A DNA stretch of 64,000 bases from Promethearchaeota archaeon (GCA_014728035.1 WJMJ01000078.1:1-64000); one strand, 5' to 3'; positions 1 through 10,544 are shown, numbered from the stretch's first letter. The notes: a model not told the origin generated them from the sequence alone. Translations and numbers: made by a program.

Positions 1-1985
1 AACTTGGTGGTGCGCCAGTCGATGCCGGCCTGATAGGAGCAGGAGGGGCACTGCATAACGTCTTTAGTGAAGCTGAAGTAGGAATTAAGAGTGTCCTTGG
101 CGATTTTCTTGGTAAGGGCCCAAAGAGCGTCGGGGTCAGGGTTAGCCTCACCGAGAAAGATGTGAGTAAGAGCACCGCCATCCATGTAGGGATGGAACAT
201 ACCTTCTTTCTTGATACGGTCAGTCAATGGAAGGTCAGCACCAACATAGAGAGTTGTACTGTTTGAATAGTACGGGTTGGTGGCATCGCCCTTGAGATAC
301 TTACGAACTCCAGGATATGACCGATAGTCCTTCTTTGCAAGTCGTCCAGCTGCACTCTCTGCAGGGGTACGAGTGACACCAAAGGAAAGACCAGTTTCTT
401 CCTCGAATTCCTGCGCTCGTTGTTTGATGAATTTCAACACCTTGATACCGAAACGAGTTCCCTCGCGTTCATGAAGATGATAACCAGTAGCAATGTGAGC
501 CATCTCTTCGAATCCAACGGTTCCCAAAAGGAACTCACGTTTGGACATATCAATGAGGGGGTCTCCATTGGGTTTTGGCTGCGTATAGAAGGGGACACTA
601 CCACTGGCAATGAGACGGTCCATGAGTTGTTTCTTCTCAAGAATGACCTCTTTCGACAGTTCGATGTATTCATCAAGTTTTGAGAAGAGTCTGTCTTCAT
701 CAGCGCGACCGATCCATGCAGCACGTCCGAAGTTGGGAGTCACCATTTGAGAGGCCCCAAAGACCATATTGCCTGTGAGGAATTCTTCCATCTCTTCATC
801 ATTGCTTGCAGTCCAGAGATGAGAACAACAGCTGCTGCAACCAGCCTCAATACTAGAGCGCCAGTTGAGATAGTTCTCGAAATAGGGAGAGCCATGTTTT
901 GCTGTCAGTTCGGCAACAAGTCGCCAGGACTCATCATATTCTGGCTTCATGAACTCTTCGCGAAGAACGATGTTTGGTTTGGGAAAACTGAAACCCTTCC
1001 CCTTTGCGTCACCTGCCATCATGACCTCCATAAAGGCATTGAAGAACTGACGAGCCTCATCTTCGAAATCACCGTAAGTTACTTCGGTTTCTTTTCCACC
1101 TGGTAAGACTGCAGGAACATCACGCATGATTTTTGGAATACCAGGAGTGAGGTCCACACTTGAAAAAATGACCTGTCCACCACGAGCAACGTATTGTTGA
1201 GTGAGTGTGAAGATCAGTTGTTGAGCGGCCTGTTTGATTTTTTTGTAAGATAACCCTTGCATAAATGGAGCAAGGAATGTGTTGAAGAAGAAATATCCTT
1301 GACCGCCAGCAAAAGAACTCTGTGCTGCTGCGAGCCAGATTGCAGAATGATTCATTGCTACAGCAAGATGTTTCGCGGGTCCAGCTGCGCTAGAATGCAT
1401 GCCACCAAGACCGTCTGGAGCTATACCAAGTTTGAGTACTTGACGCAAGTCCCAAGTAGCACAATAGTCACGAGTAGAGAAGTACTCTCGGTCTTTGATA
1501 TAGATGTCACCTTTCATATGAGCATCAGCAAGATGTGTTGGAATACTAAGGTAGGTATGCTGTTCCATAACTTGGTCGTGAACTAGTTTTGCTATTGTTT
1601 CAGGATTTCGCATGAGATTTGCATTGGAAGTATGATCGCCTGGGTCGTGGATAAGCTGGCTGAGATCGTACATTGGAATACCAACACGAGTATAGAGAAT
1701 ACGTTCTCTCTCCATACCCATTTCAGCTAGAACACTGTTACACATCTCTCGAATTAGAGGACCGGATAGAAACTTGATTCCAGAAGCTACAATACGATCC
1801 ATAACACGAACTGCAACTAGTTGGGCATCGGAACGACTCAGATGGGCTTCCTGAATGAGACTATCGATGATGCAATTTGCATCAAAAGATTCCATGGTAC
1901 CACTGGTCGTTCTAACCTTTGGTAGTTTTTTCTCGCGCAAGCGGATATCCTCAGCGTCAATAATAGTTGATCGTATGTCAGTCAT
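1..1985 (-). CDS. nrdD: Anaerobic (class III) ribonucleoside-triphosphate reductase with N-terminal ATP cone; 3' end runs off the window
   Basis: Manual translation from ATG at 1985: MTDIRSTII...LPKVRTTSGTMESFD (ATP cone), GDIYIKDREYFSTRDYC, GCSSCCSH, VTRTPAESAAGRLAKKD, YYSNST. Absent from the ORF track because there is no stop inside the window. Confidence 0.92.
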   Translation of the reverse strand, partial: MTDIRSTIIDAEDIRLREKKLPKVRTTSGTMESFDANCIIDSLIQEAHLSRSDAQLVAVRVMDRIVASGIKFLSGPLIREMCNSVLAEMGMERERILYTRVGIPMYDLSQLIHDPGDHTSNANLMRNPETIAKLVHDQVMEQHTYLSIPTHLADAHMKGDIYIKDREYFSTRDYCATWDLRQVLKLGIAPDGLGGMHSSAAGPAKHLAVAMNHSAIWLAAAQSSFAGGQGYFFFNTFLAPFMQGLSYKKIKQAAQQLIFTLTQQYVARGGQVIFSSVDLTPGIPKIMRDVPAVLPGGKETEVTYGDFEDEARQFFNAFMEVMMAGDAKGKGFSFPKPNIVLREEFMKPEYDESWRLVAELTAKHGSPYFENYLNWRSSIEAGCSSCCSHLWTASNDEEMEEFLTGNMVFGASQMVTPNFGRAAWIGRADEDRLFSKLDEYIELSKEVILEKKQLMDRLIASGSVPFYTQPKPNGDPLIDMSKREFLLGTVGFEEMAHIATGYHLHEREGTRFGIKVLKFIKQRAQEFEEETGLSFGVTRTPAESAAGRLAKKDYRSYPGVRKYLKGDATNPYYSNSTTLYVGADLPLTDRIKKEGMFHPYMDGGALTHIFLGEANPDPDALWALTKKIAKDTLNSYFSFTKDVMQCPSCSYQAGIDWRTTK

Positions 1986-1989
1986 TCTG

Positions 1990-2271
1990 TTAGTTCACTC
2001 CCACATCTTTGCGAATTCCATCAACGGTAGGAATTGTACCAGCGTAGAGTAGTTTCAATGCTCCGTTATTCTCCAGGATGATCGAGGGAGTGCTAGCGAT
2101 AAAGATCTGTTCTTCTAATAATCTGAATTCCAAATCAGGGTTCATATTCTGCAAGTCAACAGTTTTCACAGCAACTTCTCCTTCAGCAAATGCTTCCTCC
2201 AAGACTGCTTTAGCAGCAGGACAATTTACACAAGATTCCTGTGTGAATAGATATAGAATGATATCTGACGT
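1990..2271 (-). CDS. NrdH/glutaredoxin-like redoxin (CVNC); probable ACG start
   Basis: The frame extends upstream of the called ORF (1990..2202) to include LYLFTQESCVNCPAAK, with STPS (cis-Pro motif) later. GGAGG lies 7 nt before ACG at 2271, and an in-frame TAG lies just upstream. The stop is 4 nt before nrdD. Confidence 0.8.
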   Translation of the reverse strand, partial: TSDIILYLFTQESCVNCPAAKAVLEEAFAEGEVAVKTVDLQNMNPDLEFRLLEEQIFIASTPSIILENNGALKLLYAGTIPTVDGIRKDVGVN

Positions 2272-2692
2272 ATTAATTCCTCCCGGCTAATGAAGTCTGA
2301 CGGGTCCTCTTCCCGATGTAGACTATTTGAGATTTGAAATCTTTGCATAAAAGATTTGTCGCACCGTAATTGGCTCTCTGAACACGAAATAAGGCACTCT
2401 GAGAGGGATGAAAAGAGGAAGAGGTGTACATACTAGAATTTTGATGTAATCCTTAATATTCTCATTCCAAAAGGTATACACAATCCAACACTTAACGCCG
2501 TTAATTCTCAAGATTTGTGCAGACATATAATATACCATACCTTAGCTTCCACTGCAAGACTTTGTTGGTCTGGACCTTGAAGAATCCGATAAAACACGCG
2601 CCAATTGAGCGTGTACTAAGTAGCACCTCAGGCAAACTCCAAAGAGTGATAAGCCGAATAGAATCGGAGAGTACACGAAGGTAGATATCGAA

Positions 2693-3316
2693 ATGCCAAC
2701 ATATCTCAGAGCGAAAACACCTGTAGAGGGTTGGAAGAGAATTGTAAGATTGATAATGACTGACGGATTAGTTCGTGAGGATGAACGAAAAAGTGGAACA
2801 CGTTGGTTAGAAAACGTGATGATTCACATCAGACATCCATTCAAACAACGAGTAAGTAAGAGCTATCCATTCAGTGAACGAGTATTGAAAGAAAAATATT
2901 CTACACAGTTACTCAATCCAGATAGGCTAGATTTTGATTACACCTATGGAGAGAGACTGAATGCGTGGGGAGAAGAATCCATTAACCAGATAGAGTACGT
3001 CATTTCAAAACTTAAGAAGAATCCAAATACCCGAAGAGCCGTTGCAACAACATGGGATCCAAGAAAGGATATCGTTGTAGATGAAGTGCCATGTTTGAAT
3101 CATTTCGTCTTCATGAAAAGATCAGACCAACTAGATGTTTCTGTGATGATAAGATCAAATGATATGTATGGAGCTTGGCCTGCTAACGTCTATGCATTGG
3201 GCGACCTACTACGATATGTATGTGATCAGACAAATATGACTGTAGGAACTATTACAACTCTCTCTGTTAATGCTCACATCTATGAGCATGATTGGGAAAC
3301 AGCAATTAATATCTAA
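2693..3316 (+). CDS. thyA: Archaeal-type thymidylate synthase
   Basis: YTYGERL, NTRRAVATTWDP, VPCLNH (catalytic Cys), IRSNDMYGAWPAN, AHIYE. Confidence 0.88.
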   Translation: MPTYLRAKTPVEGWKRIVRLIMTDGLVREDERKSGTRWLENVMIHIRHPFKQRVSKSYPFSERVLKEKYSTQLLNPDRLDFDYTYGERLNAWGEESINQIEYVISKLKKNPNTRRAVATTWDPRKDIVVDEVPCLNHFVFMKRSDQLDVSVMIRSNDMYGAWPANVYALGDLLRYVCDQTNMTVGTITTLSVNAHIYEHDWETAINI

Positions 3317-3353
3317 AACACAGAGGGAATATTTTTAACTTAAGCCAAGTCAT

Positions 3354-3998
3354 ATGTTTCCTGTTGTAACTATACCGGAGTCACCTAATTTGGATAATCA
3401 TGACAAAGAAATCATTTCCATGTTACTGGAAGATGGAAGAAGAAGCCTCTCAGAAATTGGTGATAAGATTGGAATGTCTCATGTTGCTATCAGCAAACGT
3501 CTGGATAAGCTGCTATCAGATGATCAAATTAGAATCCAAGCTGGAGTGAATGCGGAATCACTAGATGCAAAAATTCTCTTCGTTGGCATAGAAACCGAAA
3601 ATATGGATGTAACCGAGTACCTTATTGAAAAATACCAGAAATGCCCGAGAATACTAACACTGGCCCCTGTTACAGGACGTTACAACCTTTTTGCGGTGAT
3701 GGTAGTTGAAGATACATGGACATTGGAGTCGATAATCGGAACATGTAGTATAAGCACTGAAAAAGGTGTAAGAAAATCCGAATCATGGTTTGGAAATGCA
3801 CCTATTGTGCCAAAGTATCTACCAATAGATCTAAGCCCTGAACAATCCGATGATGATATATCCCCCTGTGGAAGGACATGTGCAGATTGCAGAAGATATG
3901 AGATTAACAAATGTGTCGGTTGTCCACCATCCTCCGTCTATGAAGGGATGCTTTGGAAGTCAGATAAAACAAAACCTAGACGAAGAAGCAGAAAGTAA
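3354..3998 (+). CDS. Lrp/AsnC family regulator with a C-terminal Cys-rich extension
   Basis: LDNHDKEIISMLLEDGRRSLSEIG HTH; VTGRYNL RAM-like motif; tail CGRTCADC-x6-KCVGC. Confidence 0.8.
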   Translation: MFPVVTIPESPNLDNHDKEIISMLLEDGRRSLSEIGDKIGMSHVAISKRLDKLLSDDQIRIQAGVNAESLDAKILFVGIETENMDVTEYLIEKYQKCPRILTLAPVTGRYNLFAVMVVEDTWTLESIIGTCSISTEKGVRKSESWFGNAPIVPKYLPIDLSPEQSDDDISPCGRTCADCRRYEINKCVGCPPSSVYEGMLWKSDKTKPRRRSRK

Positions 3999-4039
3999 CT
4001 AAGAGTAAAAGTTAACTTTTAAGGCTCAGTCATGCTATC

Positions 4040-4636
4040 GTGACAAAAATGACAGACTACTTTGTTCATGAGAAAGCAGTTGTAGACAAAGGCGCAGATA
4101 TTGGGAAAGATACTCGAATATGGCACTTTGCTCATGTTCGTGGAACCGCAAAGATTGGCAGAGGATGCAACATTGGAAAAGATGTCTATATCGATGCGGA
4201 TGTAGTGATTGGTGATAATGTAAAGATTCAAAATGGAGTTTCAGTGTATCATGGAGTCACCATCGAAGATGACGTTTTTTGTGGGCCACACATGACATTT
4301 ACAAATGATATGTATCCACGAGCATTTGGAGAGTCTTGGGCAGTCGTCAAAACACTAGTGAAAAAAGGGGCATCCATTGGAGCTCATGCAACAATAGTTT
4401 GTGATACAACTCTTGGTGAATATTGTATGATTGGTAGTGGAGCAGTTGTCACACGAGATGTTCCTGCATACGGGCTTGTCGTTGGAAATCCTGCAAAGCT
4501 GATTGGTTTCGTGTGCAAATGTGGAATACCCCTAAAGCATGAAACAGAAAAATCTGACCAAGAGGTATCATTCAAATGTGATGCTTGTGACGAAGAAATA
4601 ATTATCCCGAGAAAAGTGTACGAACAGGTTGGATAG
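4040..4636 (+). CDS. Hexapeptide-repeat sugar N-acetyltransferase (WbpD/WlbB-like) with C-terminal zinc ribbon
   Basis: [36 protein letters not shown]; CKCG...CDAC. Confidence 0.85.
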   Translation: MTKMTDYFVHEKAVVDKGADIGKDTRIWHFAHVRGTAKIGRGCNIGKDVYIDADVVIGDNVKIQNGVSVYHGVTIEDDVFCGPHMTFTNDMYPRAFGESWAVVKTLVKKGASIGAHATIVCDTTLGEYCMIGSGAVVTRDVPAYGLVVGNPAKLIGFVCKCGIPLKHETEKSDQEVSFKCDACDEEIIIPRKVYEQVG

Positions 4637-4642
4637 TAACTA

Positions 4643-6724
4643 TTGTCTCATCTCTACAAGAAGTTTGTTTCAGAACGAGTTTCCGGTCTTGTAAATGCAA
4701 CAGATAAAATTAGAAATTGTACTGTAATTGCACATATTGACCATGGTAAGACAACGCTGACAGATTCCTTAATTGCATCCTCAGGACTTCTCTCAAAGGA
4801 AGTAGCTGCAAGTGCTCGCCTACTTGACTATGATATGATTGAGCAGGAGAGAGGGATAACTATCAAAGCTTCTAGCATATCTTTGGTGCATAAGGTCAAT
4901 AATGATGAATATCTTATTCATCTGATTGATACCCCCGGACACATCGATTTTTCAAGCCATGTTACACGAGGCTTACGATTGACTGATGGTGCTATTGTTG
5001 TAGTTGATGTGATTGAAGGCATTATGGTACAAACAGAAACAGTTACTCGTCAGGCATTAGAAGAACTAGTCAGACCGATTCTATTTGTTAACAAAGTTGA
5101 TAGACTGATCAAAGAAAAAAGACTGGACACTATGAAAATTGCAAAAGAAATCAACAAGACTGTTAAAGAATATAATGACCTTCTTGGAAAGTATCTAGAT
5201 GAGAAAGAATTGGAGAAATGGGAGATTTCATTTATTTCTGGAAATCTCAGTATTGGATCTGCAATTGATAAATGGGGATTCGGATTTGAGGAACTAAGAG
5301 AAAAAGCTGGTAGTAGCAAACCCAAAGAATTAGCTAATGCGTTTCTGGAGATAATCGAGGATATAGTTGAGTCCTATAAAACAGGGAATGAAAAGGAGTT
5401 AGAAGACAAATATCCTATTGCGAAAGTCATTCTGGATACAGTAGTTGAAAAACTTCCAAGTCCTAAGGATGCTCAGAAATATCGTATTCCTAAATTCTGG
5501 ACAATACTCGAGAACTCTATGATTTATGATAACATGATTCAATGTAGTTCTAATGGCCCATGTGTAGTCGTTGTGAGTAATGTACAGCCAGACAGACATG
5601 CTGGGAACGTAGCTACTGTAAGAGTGTTTTCAGGAACACTCAAGAGAGGAGTCCCACTAAGAAACATCAGAACAAAGCAAGCTGATAAGAGCCTTCAGAT
5701 TGGCATCCAGATGGTTAAAGCAAAAGCAGCTTTGCAAGAAGTACCAGCTGGAAATCTTGCTTTCATCACGGGTGTGAAAGGGGTTGCGATCGGCGATACT
5801 CTGGTAGATGACGTAAAAGAAACAATTGAAGCAATGTCCGTTCTTCAATACCCAACAGAACCTGTCGTAACATACACCATTGAACCTAGACGATTGTCAG
5901 AACTTGGGTCTATTTCAGAACCAATAGAAGAATATGCAAAAACAGATCCAGCTCTTGATTTTCAAGTAAATCCGGAAACAGGTGAGATGCTTCTTTCAGG
6001 TGCGGGAGAGTTGCATGTCGAAATTAGTATACAAATGTTAGAGCGAAAAGGGGTTCGAGTACAATTGGGACAACCTATGGTTCTGCTAAAAGAACAACTA
6101 ACAAGAGATGGAGCTTCGTGCTCGGCAGGAAATGTTCCACATAGTGAGTTTACAGTAACAGCAAAAATCACTCCAGAGGATGAAATGCAATTTTCAGGAA
6201 CGATATTGGAATCGAATCCGCAGACAAGCTGCTATCTTGTGGATGAAACACATTCAATAAATCAAAATAGCGATGAAGCACAATGGATTCGAGAGGGTTT
6301 TAGATATTTAATCCAACAGGGATTGGTCAGAGGAGAAAGGATGCGACGGTTATCAATCCATATTGAAAGAGCTAAAATCAGATATGAGGGGCCAGAAACA
6401 TCATGGGCGGATGTCACATCACCTCTAATCAGAGCAGCAAGAGCAAGTATAAAGACCGGTAAGCCAGAGGTGCTTGAACCATGGCTGAAGATGGAGTTTA
6501 GTAGTCCGGAAGAATACGTTGGAACCCTTACTTCCATTCTCTCAAAGAGAAAAGGACGAGTCATCAGTATAGACTCACTGAGAACTCAATACAAAGTAGA
6601 AGCGGAATTGCCGGTGAGTGAGTCTTTTGGTATTGCAAATGAAATTCGAACTGCTACTTCAGGATGGGTTTCATGGGGTGCTCAAACTGGAGAATATAGA
6701 AGCCTAGACGAAAAAGGGAATTAG
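4643..6724 (+). CDS. Elongation factor 2 paralogue (aEF-2p type)
   Basis: Intact G motifs AHIDHGKTT, RGITI, DTPGH, NKVD; ETGEMLLSGAGELHVEI; domain IV lacks the HRG diphthamide loop. Confidence 0.85.
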   Translation: MSHLYKKFVSERVSGLVNATDKIRNCTVIAHIDHGKTTLTDSLIASSGLLSKEVAASARLLDYDMIEQERGITIKASSISLVHKVNNDEYLIHLIDTPGHIDFSSHVTRGLRLTDGAIVVVDVIEGIMVQTETVTRQALEELVRPILFVNKVDRLIKEKRLDTMKIAKEINKTVKEYNDLLGKYLDEKELEKWEISFISGNLSIGSAIDKWGFGFEELREKAGSSKPKELANAFLEIIEDIVESYKTGNEKELEDKYPIAKVILDTVVEKLPSPKDAQKYRIPKFWTILENSMIYDNMIQCSSNGPCVVVVSNVQPDRHAGNVATVRVFSGTLKRGVPLRNIRTKQADKSLQIGIQMVKAKAALQEVPAGNLAFITGVKGVAIGDTLVDDVKETIEAMSVLQYPTEPVVTYTIEPRRLSELGSISEPIEEYAKTDPALDFQVNPETGEMLLSGAGELHVEISIQMLERKGVRVQLGQPMVLLKEQLTRDGASCSAGNVPHSEFTVTAKITPEDEMQFSGTILESNPQTSCYLVDETHSINQNSDEAQWIREGFRYLIQQGLVRGERMRRLSIHIERAKIRYEGPETSWADVTSPLIRAARASIKTGKPEVLEPWLKMEFSSPEEYVGTLTSILSKRKGRVISIDSLRTQYKVEAELPVSESFGIANEIRTATSGWVSWGAQTGEYRSLDEKGN

Positions 6725-6725
6725 T

Positions 6726-9014
6726 TCATTGTCTAAGATAATATCGCCGGTTCATCTCTTGACCTAATCTGTTCAGAACTCGTCTATCAACTAATGCTAT
6801 ATTATCCATCATAATCAAAGCTCGAGTGACATTTGAGAAAATTGCATTTAGATATGGCTGTGCTTGAGATAGATTGGATTGTTCAACCATTTGAAGATAT
6901 GCTTCTGCAATTTTTGTAAGACCCAACCAATCCTCTGTCAAAATAAAATCAAATCGTGCGGGTACTTCTAATTTGGTTAGTTTTTCTTCACCCCAATCAA
7001 TCTCGGAATTGTAATGAGTTTGCAGGGAGAGAGCAAAACGTAATAGAATATTTGCCAAGGATCCAGATGTTGCAATTATGAATTCAGCGGATTCAGAATA
7101 ATCGGTTTCAACTCTTGATACAACATCAAATGCTTTTGCGGACTGATACAGGCCATTTGATAATTCGGAATAATCCTTATTCTCATAGAAGGCTTTTATG
7201 GTTCTAGCGAGTGTTGTCTGACCGAGCCAATAATGAGCCAACAAGTCATCAATTTCGTGAAGGGGTCTATCAACAGCATCATGAATAACAATACCCATTT
7301 GAAGTCGTACCGTTTCGAGATTCATTTTTGCTGTTGCCATAGATGATAGTAAATGGGCTACCTCAGAGAGATTTTCATCTTCATTCGATATTCTTTTTGC
7401 TTCATCCCGGAGGTTTTTCCAAGTTCGTTCAACATATGGAATCAGGAGAGATAATCCACGGATGAAGATAGCGTTGTTGTCTATTTGGTGATCAGAAAGC
7501 ATTCTGTTGAGATCATCAAATAATCGTAGCAGCCTCCTATCTAGTGTATTATTGTGCCTAAGAGTCAACCAGACAATATCATATGTTGCAATAGCTACCT
7601 CAACAAAAGCTCGTTTATCAGTAGGAAATAGAGGTACATATTGAGTAAGGATTTCTCTTAATTCTGCTTGATGACTTCCTTCACTCATTCGTAAATCCAA
7701 TAATCTCCTTCCAAGCTGTGTGCTAAGATATCCGATTTCTCCAATTGAGCCACCTTCACTCAAATCTTGTCGAATATCGATTGCTCTTTCAAAAGCTTCT
7801 AGTCCAATTGTCCAAAACTCATCAGATTCAGTAGACAAGCAAATCCAACCAATTGCATTCTCGGTTCTTGCTAGCTCAATACTAATGTCTCGATCGTATT
7901 TCTCTAATTCTACTAGCACAGATTTTGCACGAGACATAAACTCGATACTACGTGTCATACTCTCATGGTCCCCAAGCATTCCATAAGAGAAGCCAAGACA
8001 CACCAGACACTTGTAATGATTAAAGATTAGATTTGGATTAGATTCATCATGAACCTCATAGAATTTTAGAGATGATGATAGCCATTCAATGGCTTGGGGA
8101 ACACCTTCACGCCATCCGTTTGCAAGGATATTAGATCCAATCACTACACCAGCTAATGCTGCAAAATCTTCATCACAGTCAGTTGTTTCTATTGCATCTA
8201 AGCAAGCTTGAGATGCTTCTTGAGCAAGCGCACGAGCAGATTCATAGGGAATTGATTCATCACGTGTTTCATTTACGCTCAACTGAAGTAGGACTGATGC
8301 AATCAGGGCGGGATCATCTTTTTCCCGAACAGTCACCTCTAATTTCTTGAGAAGTGTCCGCGCATCATGATATAGACCTAACTCAGTGAGTACCAAGGAA
8401 GCGTTTAAACTGACTTCAATGTTCAAATCCAACAATCCAAGTTTCTTGGTATGGGAAATCAACGAGTTCAATAGAGCGTCAGCACAATCAAAAAGACCAA
8501 ACTCAATCAATTTCCAAGCTATTTGATGAGATTCATGTAATGTTAATTCGGAAGAGAACTTATGCCCACGGCTTAGTATTGCGTCAATGATAGCAATGGT
8601 TTGATCTGTCAGAAATGGTATCAATGGGCGAAGATTAAGTTTCAATGCATTATCCATTGCCATACCATATTCACCCATGATATCAAGCAATTGTGGAATT
8701 GCATACATATCGGGAAGAATATCCAATTCGTTCAGTCGATAGCCGCTTGTATATCGTGTATCAAGTAGTAACAAGAGTTCAGGTAGAACCCTATCTTCAC
8801 TAAAAGAAAGACGCACTACCAATTCAGTGAGTTTAGTATTTGCTACTTCAGGACGGCGAAGGATTATTTCTTCAATTACACGTGCGATTTCGAAATACAA
8901 CTCGGAGTCAGCTGATGCCCTGATACCCAGAGATTGTATTGTGGATAACCCATCATCAAGTGACATAGATGCATAGAGAATGTCTCTAATGGTTGCGTTA
9001 AGTGCTGACTCCAC
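6726..9014 (-). CDS. Large helical/TPR-like hypothetical protein
   Basis: 762-aa ORF, Leu/Ala/Glu-rich amphipathic helices, TPR-like ARTENAIGW...AFERAIDIRQDL. Confidence 0.6.
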   Translation of the reverse strand: MESALNATIRDILYASMSLDDGLSTIQSLGIRASADSELYFEIARVIEEIILRRPEVANTKLTELVVRLSFSEDRVLPELLLLLDTRYTSGYRLNELDILPDMYAIPQLLDIMGEYGMAMDNALKLNLRPLIPFLTDQTIAIIDAILSRGHKFSSELTLHESHQIAWKLIEFGLFDCADALLNSLISHTKKLGLLDLNIEVSLNASLVLTELGLYHDARTLLKKLEVTVREKDDPALIASVLLQLSVNETRDESIPYESARALAQEASQACLDAIETTDCDEDFAALAGVVIGSNILANGWREGVPQAIEWLSSSLKFYEVHDESNPNLIFNHYKCLVCLGFSYGMLGDHESMTRSIEFMSRAKSVLVELEKYDRDISIELARTENAIGWICLSTESDEFWTIGLEAFERAIDIRQDLSEGGSIGEIGYLSTQLGRRLLDLRMSEGSHQAELREILTQYVPLFPTDKRAFVEVAIATYDIVWLTLRHNNTLDRRLLRLFDDLNRMLSDHQIDNNAIFIRGLSLLIPYVERTWKNLRDEAKRISNEDENLSEVAHLLSSMATAKMNLETVRLQMGIVIHDAVDRPLHEIDDLLAHYWLGQTTLARTIKAFYENKDYSELSNGLYQSAKAFDVVSRVETDYSESAEFIIATSGSLANILLRFALSLQTHYNSEIDWGEEKLTKLEVPARFDFILTEDWLGLTKIAEAYLQMVEQSNLSQAQPYLNAIFSNVTRALIMMDNIALVDRRVLNRLGQEMNRRYYLRQ

Positions 9015-9068
9015 TTTTATTACTCCTCTCGGTCAACTTCTGAACACAATCATATGCCAATAAGTCTT

Positions 9069-9773
9069 TCATTTTGGCCCAATTACAAAAGGATGCCAAT
9101 CACGAGATGTGTCAGTGCCCCTCATACGATCCATTCTGACACAGAATTGATTGTCTTCTATCTTAAATCGAAGAACAGCATCGGCAAGGTAAGAAAAGGT
9201 GGCATATGTCTTCTCATCATGAACTCCTTCTTCAAGCACAAACATAATACTATGAGAGTTCTGAGTTACCCGACCACTTAGTCGCTGCATGGACCTCGGC
9301 ATTGTAGCAGGATTAGAATGAAGAATTAACGTGGATAGACTATCGACTACAACTCTTGCACAGACCAGTCCTTCTAGTGCATCAAATAAAATGATACCCA
9401 ACTCACTGATATCATCAATCTTGGATAGCGAATAAGAAGCTCCGGTATGGGGCGCTCCCATTCTTTCAGAATATCCATCGATGAAAATGAATTGACTGCT
9501 GAGTTCATACTCCTCAACCGACCAACCATGACGGCTCATATCATTTCGAACTACACGTGGAGATACATCAGTTGTAACGAAAACTGCTGGAAAACCCAGC
9601 TTCAATCCTTCTGCTAGAAAAGCTTCAGCATAAGTTGTTTTTCCAGAGCCTAGTGGGCCTAACAACATGTAAGATACCTGTGTCAGCTGGCCAAACTTAA
9701 CGAGATCACTAATCATAGGGTAAGCTATCGATTCGGGTCCAGTAGATACTGTTTGTGTCGCTTCTTTTTCCAC
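9069..9773 (-). CDS. Single-domain KaiC/RAD55-like ATPase (CII-like, lacks the catalytic EE)
   Basis: GPLGSGKT, FIDGYS, RVVVDSLS, FSYLADAVL, RMRGT. Confidence 0.85.
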   Translation of the reverse strand: MEKEATQTVSTGPESIAYPMISDLVKFGQLTQVSYMLLGPLGSGKTTYAEAFLAEGLKLGFPAVFVTTDVSPRVVRNDMSRHGWSVEEYELSSQFIFIDGYSERMGAPHTGASYSLSKIDDISELGIILFDALEGLVCARVVVDSLSTLILHSNPATMPRSMQRLSGRVTQNSHSIMFVLEEGVHDEKTYATFSYLADAVLRFKIEDNQFCVRMDRMRGTDTSRDWHPFVIGPK

Positions 9774-9794
9774 GTTAGCAACCTCATTGAAATA

Positions 9795-10544
9795 TTATAC
9801 CCCGGGGCTTATTTCTCCTGGCCAGACACGAATACCATCATCAGTAATTCTCATCGAGTGTATTCTTGAGCTGTGTTTTGAACCTCTTAGTTTCAACACT
9901 TCAACCGACCGAGATCTAGTTGTTTCACTTATTTTTTCGTTATAGAGTACGATTACTCCAGAAGCTAGAAATGCTTCAATATCAAAAACTCCCAATCCAT
10001 CATTTTGTGCAGGTATTTCACTGGTGAGGAGGAGGGTGCTCCCTGAACGAGTGATGTTAGCAGTTAGTTTAAAGAATTCTTCTCGCAAAATATCTCTGCT
10101 TTTGAATTTGTATGCCATTATTGAGAGGGTATCGATTACCACTCGTTTAGCACCAAGCTTCTTGACATGATTCAAAATTATTGCTTCTAACCCGGAAAGG
10201 TCAAAACTTGGATACTCGCCTATATTCACAGGAGTTACTTCCTTCGAGGGCGACAGATCCACAATAGCCAGCAGGCCCTCCTGTTCAAGCTTATCAAAAT
10301 CCATTCCAAATCGTAGCATGTTTCGCTTAATCTTAATTGGAGACTCTTCTAGAGTCACCAGAACTCCAGGTTCATTGTATTGCGTGGCACCACGATATAA
10401 GAATTGATTTGCTAAAATGCTTTTTCCAGTTCCAGCTTTTCCAGCAATTAATATGGTATCACCAGCGGGAAATCCGCCCTCTATTAATTCATCTAAACCA
10501 GGGATACCAGTCTTTACTCGCTCAATTGAATAATCATCAGACAT
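9795..10544 (-). CDS. Single-domain KaiC-like ATPase (CI-like)
   Basis: KTGIPGLDELIEGG, GKAGTGKS, VTLEESP, RVVIDTL, VLKLRGSKH. Confidence 0.9.
   Translation of the reverse strand: MSDDYSIERVKTGIPGLDELIEGGFPAGDTILIAGKAGTGKSILANQFLYRGATQYNEPGVLVTLEESPIKIKRNMLRFGMDFDKLEQEGLLAIVDLSPSKEVTPVNIGEYPSFDLSGLEAIILNHVKKLGAKRVVIDTLSIMAYKFKSRDILREEFFKLTANITRSGSTLLLTSEIPAQNDGLGVFDIEAFLASGVIVLYNEKISETTRSRSVEVLKLRGSKHSSRIHSMRITDDGIRVWPGEISPGV

Noticed and set aside
420-2052. Several short ORFs (420..683, 434..724, 747..1106, 1257..1586, 1855..2052)
   Set aside because: Shadow frames overlapping nrdD on the minus strand
2323-2538. 71-aa ORF in the nrdD/thyA intergenic region
   Set aside because: No motif or SD; lies in the probable divergent promoter region
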